Of a stretch of DNA of 64,000 nt, positions 8,568 through 17,152 are shown piece by piece. Each line of letters opens with the position of its first letter. Positions within the stretch are counted from its first letter, which is position 1. Below the pieces are notes generated by a model that searched no databases, was not told the origin of the DNA, and saw only the letters and a program-made list of their open reading frames with translations. This DNA comes from an uncultured Candidatus Saccharibacteria bacterium (GTDB lineage: Bacteria; Patescibacteriota; Minisyncoccia; Phycocordibacterales; Zambryskibacteraceae). A program made the translations under genes and the position numbers. The DNA is taken from positions 43,372-107,371 of the forward strand of contig CAYUOR010000002.1 of the NCBI GenBank assembly GCA_964446535.1, read 5' to 3'.

Positions 8568-9725
8568 ATGTATAAGCTATCTCTTAAATTGACTAAAATT
8601 ACGAACATAAGTAGAGAGGGAGTTCTTAAATTAGTCTTTACGGTGTTTGTTGCGTTTTTCCTTGTGCCGTCTATAAGTTTCGCCGACTTTGTGTGGAGCT
8701 CGATTGGCTCTAACAGTGGTCAGGGATTCGGAGAGTGCGCCAACCCACAGGTAACTTGTATTTTTAGCGGCTCTCCTTACGAGACCGCGAACTGTACTAT
8801 CAGTGATGAATTATCGGGAACTTCTTATGAGAATTATGTTTGCAACGAAGCAAATCTGGGACAGAATTTGACGGAAAGACAAGGAACGTCTTGCGTTAAT
8901 CCGCCAAACACCGGCACCTGGAGTGAAGATTATTATGAATGTCAGTGGTCTGGTCCCATCACACTCACCACATCCATAAGTTCCGGACAGGGAACAGTCT
9001 CTGCACCAGGAATAAGCTGTCCAGGTGATTGTAGCGAAAACTTTAGTTACGGTACCTGGGTAACAATTGTTGCGACACCAGATTCTGCCAATGGATACAG
9101 CTTCGGTTCTTGGGCGGGGGCGTGCCTGGGGCAGACTTCCATTTGTTCTGTACAGATGAACGGAAGCAGGAGTACCAGTGTAAGTTTTAACGCCCCTGCG
9201 GCGCCGACAGTATCTCTAAACGCAAGTCCAAACCCGGTTTCTTATAACAGCGCATCAAATCTTTCCTGGTCTTCATCTAATGCCACAAGCTGTACTGCGT
9301 CGGGCGCCTGGTCAGGTTCCAAGGCGCTTAGCGGAACACAATCAACAGGCAATTTAATTTCCGATCAAACCTACACTCTTACATGTAACGGCGCGGGCGG
9401 CTCGGCATCGCGCTCGGTAACTGTGGGGGTCCTTAGTGGCGGCATGTCCGTTTCCTGCTCCGCCAACCCGACAACAGCTCTCCTCGGGCAAAACATAACT
9501 TGGACAGCCACAGTCTCGGGCGGTGTCCCGCCATACACTTATTCTTGGGCAGGTACCGACATACCTACGACACCCGCGCCGTCAACCAATCCTTATACGA
9601 GAAGTTACAGCACTATCGGGCAGAAGAACGCTACGGTAACCGTTACGGGAGGAAATTCTGCACAGGCAACTTGTCCGCCGGCCGTGGTGCAAATAAACTT
9701 CAATCCAGACTTTGAAGAATTTTAA
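8568..9725 (+). CDS. Secreted Ser/Thr/Gly-rich surface protein with divergent InlB-B-repeat-like domain and C-terminal PKD-like domain (paralog A)
   Basis: signal peptide; GISCPGDC...GY.F..W.G.C domain; C-terminal ~95 aa shared with the downstream paralog, ending in NFNPDFEEF. Confidence 0.6.
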   Translation: MYKLSLKLTKITNISREGVLKLVFTVFVAFFLVPSISFADFVWSSIGSNSGQGFGECANPQVTCIFSGSPYETANCTISDELSGTSYENYVCNEANLGQNLTERQGTSCVNPPNTGTWSEDYYECQWSGPITLTTSISSGQGTVSAPGISCPGDCSENFSYGTWVTIVATPDSANGYSFGSWAGACLGQTSICSVQMNGSRSTSVSFNAPAAPTVSLNASPNPVSYNSASNLSWSSSNATSCTASGAWSGSKALSGTQSTGNLISDQTYTLTCNGAGGSASRSVTVGVLSGGMSVSCSANPTTALLGQNITWTATVSGGVPPYTYSWAGTDIPTTPAPSTNPYTRSYSTIGQKNATVTVTGGNSAQATCPPAVVQINFNPDFEEF

Positions 9726-9727
9726 AT

Positions 9728-12088
9728 ATGAAGTATAAGATTATTACACTCTTAATATTTCTCTCATCAGCAAGTTTTGCTTACGCCGGCACTTGGTCGG
9801 CGCCGATTAACCACCCGGGGATTCCTCCGCCGAATCAATTCTGCGACCAGCCGCCGCTTTATCCGACAAGTCAGATGCCAACGGGGAGTGCTTGTTCGCC
9901 GGACGGGAGCACATATACTTTCGGTTCTATGTCAATGTGTGATTTGGGTGGGGGAGAATTTTCCACGTATCAAAACGCGAACAATGTTCAACAGCAGACA
10001 TGTAACCCCTCTGGCAATACACCGCCGACCGCTAACGCTGGTATAGACAGAACGATAACTCAGCCGACATCTTCGGCAACCCCAAGTGGCGCTTCGGCGA
10101 GTGATCCGGGTGGCTCTGTTGCTTCTACAGTCTGGTCGTTTGTGAGCGGCCCCGGGTCAACGCCGACAATATCAAATAGCACAACCCTGACCCCCACCTT
10201 TAACGGCATGGCTACCGCCGGAGTTTACACTTTTCGTCTTCGGGTAACTGACAACCTGGGACTTTTTACCGACGACACCATGACCGTTACGGTTAACGTG
10301 GCAACGCCGCAGTGCAACGATGGCATAGATAATGATGGTGACACCAGAATCGATATTGGTGACTGGGGTTGCCACTCAGATAACAACGCAACAAATGCTG
10401 CGTCGTACGTTTCCACTGACAATGACGAGTCAAACCCATATTGCAATGTTCCTGGTTGGGGCGCGGAGGAACTTGTCTACGATGGCGATCTTTCGGGTCC
10501 TGGAGGTGTAGGTTGGTGTAACAGCACTTCTTACGGCGCCTGTCCATCAAATCTTGGCGGTGGGCCAACATCGGTTAGCGCTAAAGGTAGCGCGGCGGCG
10601 TGTTGCAGGGGACAAGATTACTTGGGTTGGATTAGACAATGTACTGGAAGTCCGCCCGCGCCGATTGATGGGGCCTGTGGTTCGGAGGCCGGCAACACTT
10701 TACCTGCGGAACCGACCGGCGGGCCATCAGCCTGCGCCTCTGGAACTTTCAACGCATCTACACCAGCAGATACCTCCACAAACTGGAATTGGACGTGTAA
10801 CGGTATAAATGGGGGTTCTTCTGTACAGTGTACGGCTACAAAATCTTCTGGCGGAGCTCCGCCGGCGTGTCCATACGGAATTCAATCAACGCAGACAACA
10901 TCAGCCAAGGCCTTTGATGCACCGGACACATATCCAGACAACATGTGGGGTAACTGGTCACCAGTATGTGGAACTAGTTGGGATGCGCCGTTTATGAATG
11001 ATGCCGCTATTTTTGCTAGAAATGCTGGAGTTCCAGAAAGTCCAGATGTAGATGCTATGGAGGTAGCGTTTGGCTGGTTTCCACAGCCGGGCGCACCAGA
11101 GGAGTATGATACAACAACTGGCAATACCACTCGTCTTAGTTGGGTTTTCGACCAATGGCAAGGTAGCCAAGCAGATCTTATTCCGTGCGTCGGTCAAATT
11201 ACGGTTAACGTCTGCAATGCCCCGCCGAATTACACTTTAACTACAGCAGTTTCTCCTGGTGGTTCGGGCACGGTTAGCGCCACAGGGATAAGTTGCCCAG
11301 GTGACTGTACCGAGTCTTACGTTGTGAACACCATGGTAACAGTGGTGGCCACACCAGCAGTCGGGTACGCCTTTAGTAGTTGGTCGGGGGCTTGCGCCGG
11401 ACAGCCGTCGAGCTGTTCGTTGCAAATGGATGGTAACAAAAATACAACAGCGAACTTTGTCCTGTCTCCAACTTTTGACTACAGCATTTCGAATTCAGGA
11501 ACTTCTAATGTCACAAAGACTGCCGGTGATGCCTACACAACGAATACGATTACAAGAACGCTTACCTCTGGCACCACGGAAGCCGTGACAATTACGGCGA
11601 CAGGCATGCCATCAGGTGTTTCTGTAAGCTACGATGGCAACCGCACCTGCTCACCGAACCCGAGCTGCGTATCTACGATAACCTTCACCGTGAACTCTTC
11701 CACGGCGGCAGGGACCTATAACATTACTGTGACGAGTGCGGGTGACGGCACACCCGGGCCGAGATCAACAAACTTCAACCTTGTTGTTACGCAACCATCT
11801 GGACTCTCTGTCAGCTGTTCTGCCAATCCGACAAGCGCCATGATAGGGGACAACATTACCTGGACAGCAACACCTTCGGGCGGTACTTCGCCCTACACGT
11901 ATTCTTGGTCTGGCACCGATATTCCGACAAGCCCGGCGCCAACAACGAATCCATACATTAAAAAATATGAGACTATAGGAACGAAGACCGCGACGGTTAC
12001 GGTAACAGATGCGGGTTCGTTTCAGGCAACCTGTAACCCAGCTGCCGTGACCCAGATCAATTTCGACCCGTCCTTCGAGGAATTTTAA
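9728..12088 (+). CDS. Large secreted Ser/Thr/Gly-rich surface protein (786 aa) with Cys-rich Asp-repeat (DNDGD) motif, InlB-B-repeat-like and PKD-like domains (paralog B)
   Basis: signal peptide MKYKIITLLIFLSSASFAYA; CNDGIDNDGDTRIDIGDWGC calcium/metal-binding-like motif; shared domains with 8568-9725; ends in NFDPSFEEF. Confidence 0.6.
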   Translation: MKYKIITLLIFLSSASFAYAGTWSAPINHPGIPPPNQFCDQPPLYPTSQMPTGSACSPDGSTYTFGSMSMCDLGGGEFSTYQNANNVQQQTCNPSGNTPPTANAGIDRTITQPTSSATPSGASASDPGGSVASTVWSFVSGPGSTPTISNSTTLTPTFNGMATAGVYTFRLRVTDNLGLFTDDTMTVTVNVATPQCNDGIDNDGDTRIDIGDWGCHSDNNATNAASYVSTDNDESNPYCNVPGWGAEELVYDGDLSGPGGVGWCNSTSYGACPSNLGGGPTSVSAKGSAAACCRGQDYLGWIRQCTGSPPAPIDGACGSEAGNTLPAEPTGGPSACASGTFNASTPADTSTNWNWTCNGINGGSSVQCTATKSSGGAPPACPYGIQSTQTTSAKAFDAPDTYPDNMWGNWSPVCGTSWDAPFMNDAAIFARNAGVPESPDVDAMEVAFGWFPQPGAPEEYDTTTGNTTRLSWVFDQWQGSQADLIPCVGQITVNVCNAPPNYTLTTAVSPGGSGTVSATGISCPGDCTESYVVNTMVTVVATPAVGYAFSSWSGACAGQPSSCSLQMDGNKNTTANFVLSPTFDYSISNSGTSNVTKTAGDAYTTNTITRTLTSGTTEAVTITATGMPSGVSVSYDGNRTCSPNPSCVSTITFTVNSSTAAGTYNITVTSAGDGTPGPRSTNFNLVVTQPSGLSVSCSANPTSAMIGDNITWTATPSGGTSPYTYSWSGTDIPTSPAPTTNPYIKKYETIGTKTATVTVTDAGSFQATCNPAAVTQINFDPSFEEF

Positions 12089-12115
12089 TAGACAAATTTA
12101 GGATATAATTAAAAT

Positions 12116-12640
12116 ATGGAACCGAATCAAATGCCACAGACGCCATCGCAAGGGCCTGACAAGAAAACGCTCATTGCCGTTGTCGTTGTTTTAGTAATAC
12201 TTGCCGCAGGATACCTCTTGGCTACGAAGTATGACAAAAGAATGGGAATAAAGGATGGTGACAAGGCGAGCGAAACCATTCCACTAGAGGTTAGTGTTAC
12301 CCACACGGAACGAGTCAACGGCGTCTTACCCCCTCCGCCCGGCTTTCCTTCCGATATCCCGGTTGAAAAAACGGACATTAGAGAGAGCGCCACAACACAA
12401 TATCCGACCCTTGACGCCAAACAGCTAAGTTTAAATTATCAAACCTCAAAGACGGTTGCCCAGAAATTGACGGAATACAGAGATTATATGAAAAAAGCCG
12501 GCTACAGCGTGAGTGAAAGTAGCGCTTCTGCTCCCGTAAAAGCACTCTTTGGCACCAAAGATGATGCCAATCTCACTGTAGTTATCAGCAACGCAGGCAG
12601 TGGAAAAACTTTGGTTCAGGTCGCCTATCTTCTTAAGTAG
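12116..12640 (+). CDS. Membrane-anchored hypothetical protein
   Basis: N-terminal TM helix LIAVVVVLVILAAGYLLA with a proline-rich linker; no recognisable domain. Confidence 0.4.
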   Translation: MEPNQMPQTPSQGPDKKTLIAVVVVLVILAAGYLLATKYDKRMGIKDGDKASETIPLEVSVTHTERVNGVLPPPPGFPSDIPVEKTDIRESATTQYPTLDAKQLSLNYQTSKTVAQKLTEYRDYMKKAGYSVSESSASAPVKALFGTKDDANLTVVISNAGSGKTLVQVAYLLK

Positions 12641-12698
12641 CTTTCTCTCTTTGCGCCCATATCGACGCGCCCCTGGCGTGGTAGAATAAAATTCTAAT

Positions 12699-14450
12699 AT
12701 GCATATTGATGAGGCGAAACTCGAGGGTTTCATGATCGACTCTGGACTTGTTTCCAGAAAGGATATCGATGCGGCCAAAGTTGAGGCAAAGAAAAAAAAT
12801 ACAAGTATCGGTGAAATTCTTGTAAACCGTGGGGCTCTTACCGAGGATGACCTTCGCCGAATGCAGGCCTATATTCTCGGCATCCCATTTGTGGATTTAA
12901 AAAACCAGAAACTTGATTTCTCGGTTCTCTCGCTCGTTCCGGAACCCATAGCAAGAAACCACAACATTGTTGCGTTCAAGAAAGTAAATGACAGTCTTGA
13001 GGTTGCGATGTTAGACACCGACGATCTTACCGCAATTGACTTTGTTAAGAAAAAGGTTGGCTTAAGAGTTCTGCCCCGCTTGACTGACGCCGAAAGTATG
13101 AAGTGGGCACTGCTTTCATATCAAAAAACTCTTAAGGCCGAGTTCGGAGATATCATCCAGAAAGAAGCAAGCTCTCTTAAAACGGTTAGTGAGGGCGATG
13201 AAGGGGATATAGCCGAAGGGGATCTTAAGAAACTGGCTACCGATATACCGGTTGTTCGTATTGTGGACACCCTTCTCAAACATGCAATTATCCAAGACGC
13301 CTCCGATATACACATAGAGCCAGAGGAGGACAAAGTTCTTGTTCGCTACAGAGTAGACGGTATTTTGCGCGACGCCATGATTCTGCCGAAAAATACTGCT
13401 TCCGGCATAACGGCGCGCATTAAGGTTCTCGCCAACCTTAAACTTGATGAGAAGCGTCTGCCGCAAGACGGGCGATTTAAGATTGATGTAGGCGGAGAGA
13501 AGGTTTCTTTTCGAGTCTCGACTCTGCCGGTCTACTACGGGGAAAAAACTGTGATGCGACTTCTGCGCGAGAGTGTTTCCGGCTTTACTCTTGAGAGTTT
13601 GGGTTTTCACAACAAGGGCCTGGAAGATTTACACCACTCGCTCAAAGCAACGACCGGCATGATCCTTGCCACCGGCCCGACGGGTTCCGGCAAAACCACC
13701 ACCCTCTACACCATGCTTGATATCGTCAATACCCCAGACGTTAATATTTCTACGATAGAAGATCCGGTTGAATATCAGATGACGAGAATTAATCAGACCC
13801 AAGTCCGTCCAGAAATTGGCCTCACTTTTGCCAACGGCCTTAGAACTCTCGTGCGCCAGGACCCAGACATTATTATGGTCGGAGAAATTCGTGACAACGA
13901 GACGGCCGCCCTCGCCATCAACGCCTCTCTAACCGGACACCTCGTTCTCTCAACTCTCCACACGAATTCCGCCGCTGGTGCGATACCGCGCCTTCTTGAT
14001 ATGAAAGTTGAACCATTCCTTTTAGTTTCTACGCTCAACGTGGTCATTGCCCAACGCCTGATTCGTCGTCTTGCCGCGTCAAAGACCAAGTATTTTTTAA
14101 ACAAAGATGAACTTGACTCACTCTCTAAAATTGTCTCTCTTGACCGCATGCTCGGATTTCTAAGGGAAGGTAAGATTATTGATAAAAAGGATGGATTCGA
14201 AAAGGTGCCCTTCTGGAAACCGAATCCCGGCAAAGATTCCGAGGATGGCTACTCAAGCCGTATTGGAATTCATGAAGTCTTACCTGTTACCGCGACTATT
14301 AAAAACCTGATTATGAAAGGGGCGACTGATCAAGAAATCGAAGAGCAGGCCAAGTCCGAAGGTATGATGACTATGGTTGAAGACGGTATTTTTAAGGCAG
14401 CGCAGGGTATTACTACTATAGAAGAAGTTCTAAGGGTCGTTTCAGAATAA
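12699..14450 (+). CDS. pilB: Type IV pilus assembly ATPase PilB (GspE family)
   Basis: T2SSE N-terminal domain; Walker A LATGPTGSGKTTTLY; Asp/His boxes. Confidence 0.9.
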   Translation: MHIDEAKLEGFMIDSGLVSRKDIDAAKVEAKKKNTSIGEILVNRGALTEDDLRRMQAYILGIPFVDLKNQKLDFSVLSLVPEPIARNHNIVAFKKVNDSLEVAMLDTDDLTAIDFVKKKVGLRVLPRLTDAESMKWALLSYQKTLKAEFGDIIQKEASSLKTVSEGDEGDIAEGDLKKLATDIPVVRIVDTLLKHAIIQDASDIHIEPEEDKVLVRYRVDGILRDAMILPKNTASGITARIKVLANLKLDEKRLPQDGRFKIDVGGEKVSFRVSTLPVYYGEKTVMRLLRESVSGFTLESLGFHNKGLEDLHHSLKATTGMILATGPTGSGKTTTLYTMLDIVNTPDVNISTIEDPVEYQMTRINQTQVRPEIGLTFANGLRTLVRQDPDIIMVGEIRDNETAALAINASLTGHLVLSTLHTNSAAGAIPRLLDMKVEPFLLVSTLNVVIAQRLIRRLAASKTKYFLNKDELDSLSKIVSLDRMLGFLREGKIIDKKDGFEKVPFWKPNPGKDSEDGYSSRIGIHEVLPVTATIKNLIMKGATDQEIEEQAKSEGMMTMVEDGIFKAAQGITTIEEVLRVVSE

Positions 14451-14461
14451 AAAATAGTCAC

Positions 14462-15673
14462 ATGGCTCTCTATAAATACAAAGCAAAAGATAAGGAAGGA
14501 AAAATCTACGAGCGTGCGGCTGACGTTAAAAATCGTGCTGAAATCTACAATATTATTCGCGAGGAAGGGGGCACCCTTGTTTCTATAGAGGAGGCAAAAA
14601 GTATTTTTTCCAAAGGGCTTATCTGGAATTTTTTTAGCGGTATAAAAACTCACCAGAAAATAATTTTTGCAAAAAACTTAGGTTTAATGATGGACGCTGG
14701 ATTGCCTGTTACTCGGGCACTTTCTGTTATGGCGAAGCAAGCTAAGGGCAAAGCCATGAAAAAACTTCTCTCTGATCTAGAAGAAGACATAAGTCATGGT
14801 CAAACTCTTTCGGAATCTCTGCACAAGCATCCACGAATTTTTTCACCCCTTTTCGTATCTATGGTTAAGGCGGGCGAAGAATCCGGCAATGTCTCTGGCG
14901 CTCTGGCTATTGTTGCGAATCAAATGGAGAAGACATATCTATTGGCGAAAAAAGTGCGAGGCGCCATGATTTATCCGGCCGTTATCATTGTCGTGATGAT
15001 TGCACTTGCGATACTGCTTCTCATATATATGGTTCCCACTCTTACGGCAACCTTTGAAGGTCTGGGAGTCGAACTTCCGCTACCGACAAGAATCCTCATT
15101 GCCTCAAGTAACTTTATGGTCGATAACACGTTTCTCGTTCTTTCTGTTCTCGCGCTCTTTGTAGGCTTATCTATAATGTTTTTCAGAAGCAAACTCGGCA
15201 GGAGCATTACGGACGTCGTATTCCTTCGCCTACCGGCAATTGGCGAGATGGTTAGAGAGTTTGAATCTGCGAGAAGCGCCCGCACCCTTTCATCCCTTCT
15301 TGGTGCCGGGGTGGAGATTATCGTTGCTCTCGACGTTACCATAGATGTCTTGCAAAACCATCTTTACAAGGAAGCGCTCGGCAGCGCTCGTAGTGCGGTG
15401 GAAAAAGGTGAGCCGATGTCGGAAGTTTTTATCAAGCACGAACACCTTTACCCGCGCTTTGTCGGAGAGATGGTGGCAGTAGGTGAGGAGACGGGCAAAA
15501 TTTCAGAGATGTTGAAAGGAGTTGCCGATTACTACGAAGAAGAGGTAGACCAAAAGACCAAAAATCTTTCAACAATTATTGAGCCAGTACTCATGATTAT
15601 TATCGGTATCGGGGTTGGAGTTTTCGCTATCTCGATGCTCGCCCCAACGTATTCTTTGGTCGATTATATTTAA
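14462..15673 (+). CDS. pilC: Type IV pilus platform protein PilC (GspF family)
   Basis: two T2SSF repeats and three TM segments; adjacent to pilB. Confidence 0.85.
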   Translation: MALYKYKAKDKEGKIYERAADVKNRAEIYNIIREEGGTLVSIEEAKSIFSKGLIWNFFSGIKTHQKIIFAKNLGLMMDAGLPVTRALSVMAKQAKGKAMKKLLSDLEEDISHGQTLSESLHKHPRIFSPLFVSMVKAGEESGNVSGALAIVANQMEKTYLLAKKVRGAMIYPAVIIVVMIALAILLLIYMVPTLTATFEGLGVELPLPTRILIASSNFMVDNTFLVLSVLALFVGLSIMFFRSKLGRSITDVVFLRLPAIGEMVREFESARSARTLSSLLGAGVEIIVALDVTIDVLQNHLYKEALGSARSAVEKGEPMSEVFIKHEHLYPRFVGEMVAVGEETGKISEMLKGVADYYEEEVDQKTKNLSTIIEPVLMIIIGIGVGVFAISMLAPTYSLVDYI

Positions 15674-15678
15674 TTTTA

Positions 15679-16149
15679 ATGAATTCAAAATCTATTAGTC
15701 GAGGTTTTACATTGTTAGAACTTCTGCTCGTTATAGTTATTGTTACTGTAGTGGCTGCTCTCGGTGTGTTTTCCTTTACAAAACTTAATTCTTCTCAGGC
15801 ATTGGAAAAAAGTGCCGACCTGGTAGTTTCTACTCTTAATGAGGCCAGAGCACTTACTCTCTCTTCAAAAGGAGATACGCAGTACGGCGTTTACATTGAG
15901 CCTTCGCAGATAGTTTTATTTTCTGGTAATTCATACTCCTCCTCAGATCCGGCCAACAGAGTAAACACCCTACATTCACTAGTGGGTATTCAAAATATTA
16001 ATCTTTCTGGCGGTGGTACAAGCGTAATTTTTGAACGTCTAACGGGTGGCACTAATCAAGCGGGCACGCTGGAGATTTTCTTAAGATCTTCTCCGGGGAC
16101 GTATCGCACCATTACCATTACGGGAACAGGGATAGTAGAATTAGACTAA
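15679..16149 (+). CDS. Prepilin-type N-terminal cleavage/methylation domain pilin (GspH/FimT-like)
   Basis: N-terminal RGFTLLELLLVIVIV class III signal. Confidence 0.75.
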   Translation: MNSKSISRGFTLLELLLVIVIVTVVAALGVFSFTKLNSSQALEKSADLVVSTLNEARALTLSSKGDTQYGVYIEPSQIVLFSGNSYSSSDPANRVNTLHSLVGIQNINLSGGGTSVIFERLTGGTNQAGTLEIFLRSSPGTYRTITITGTGIVELD

Positions 16150-16156
16150 TAGCTCT

Positions 16157-16648
16157 ATGAAAAACTTTCCGAACCATTCTACGCGCGGATTGACTCTGGT
16201 GGAGGTGCTTGTTGCCGCTTCTATAATTTTGGTTTTTCTTCTGGCGCTTTTCGGCGCCCACAATCTCTATTTGAAGGCCGCATTTTCTAGCGGCGAGGTT
16301 ATTAAGGCAACCACCTTAGCAGAAGAGAGCTTAGAGGTAGTTAGATTTTTAAGAAACGGCTCTTGGGATAGAAACATTGCACCCCTTTCTCTCGACACCG
16401 ATTATTTTTTAACTTTTAACTCTGGCATTTGGGCAACAAGTACCACTAATGCTTTTTTAGATAATCTCTTTGAAAGAAAAATTAGATTATCGGCCGTTTA
16501 TCGTGACGTCAATGGAGATATTGTTTCCTCAGGAGGAACCCTGGATCCTGATACCAGACTAGTAGTCTCAACTGTTTCATGGCAGCTAAGAAATACGACG
16601 ACCACTCGATCCGTATCCACGTACTTAACAGACCTGTATGAAAACTAA
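16157..16648 (+). CDS. Minor pilin-like protein (atypical prepilin N-terminus)
   Basis: RGLTLVEVLVAASIILVFLLALF N-terminal helix; lies in the pilin gene cluster. Confidence 0.6.
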   Translation: MKNFPNHSTRGLTLVEVLVAASIILVFLLALFGAHNLYLKAAFSSGEVIKATTLAEESLEVVRFLRNGSWDRNIAPLSLDTDYFLTFNSGIWATSTTNAFLDNLFERKIRLSAVYRDVNGDIVSSGGTLDPDTRLVVSTVSWQLRNTTTTRSVSTYLTDLYEN

Positions 16649-17150
16649 AATATTGAAAAACAAACGCGGGTTCACTTTAATCGAGATGCTGATTTACATA
16701 TTCATTTTAATATTAATGCTTGGGGTTATTATGAACATAACCATTTCGGTAATTAATTCCGGAAAAATTGTAAAAGCTCTACGAAATATTGAAAACTCAA
16801 CTCTGACGAGTTTCGAGCGTATTTCAAGGGAGTTACGCCAAGCCGAAAGTGTGAATCTCTCTTCGAGCGTCTTGAGTGTTCATCCTGGCCATCTTGTACT
16901 TGTGGGCACTGACGACTTTGGTGCACCACGCACCGTCGAATTTCGTCTATCTGGCAATGTTTTAATGCTTAGAGAAAATGGTATTGATGTGGGCGCCTTA
17001 ACCGAGCCTAACACAAGGGTAACTGAACTTATTTTTCGACGCTTCGTTAACTCCAATTCGGAGGGAATCAGAACAGAAATCACGCTTGAGAGTGGTACCA
17101 GTACTAGTTATCGTTCAAGCAAATTTTATTACTCCGCTATCATAAGATAA
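16638..17150 (+). CDS. Minor pilin (prepilin-type N-terminal domain)
   Basis: KRGFTLIEMLIYIFILILMLGVI. Confidence 0.7.
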   Translation: MKTKILKNKRGFTLIEMLIYIFILILMLGVIMNITISVINSGKIVKALRNIENSTLTSFERISRELRQAESVNLSSSVLSVHPGHLVLVGTDDFGAPRTVEFRLSGNVLMLRENGIDVGALTEPNTRVTELIFRRFVNSNSEGIRTEITLESGTSTSYRSSKFYYSAIIR

Positions 17151-17152
17151 GC

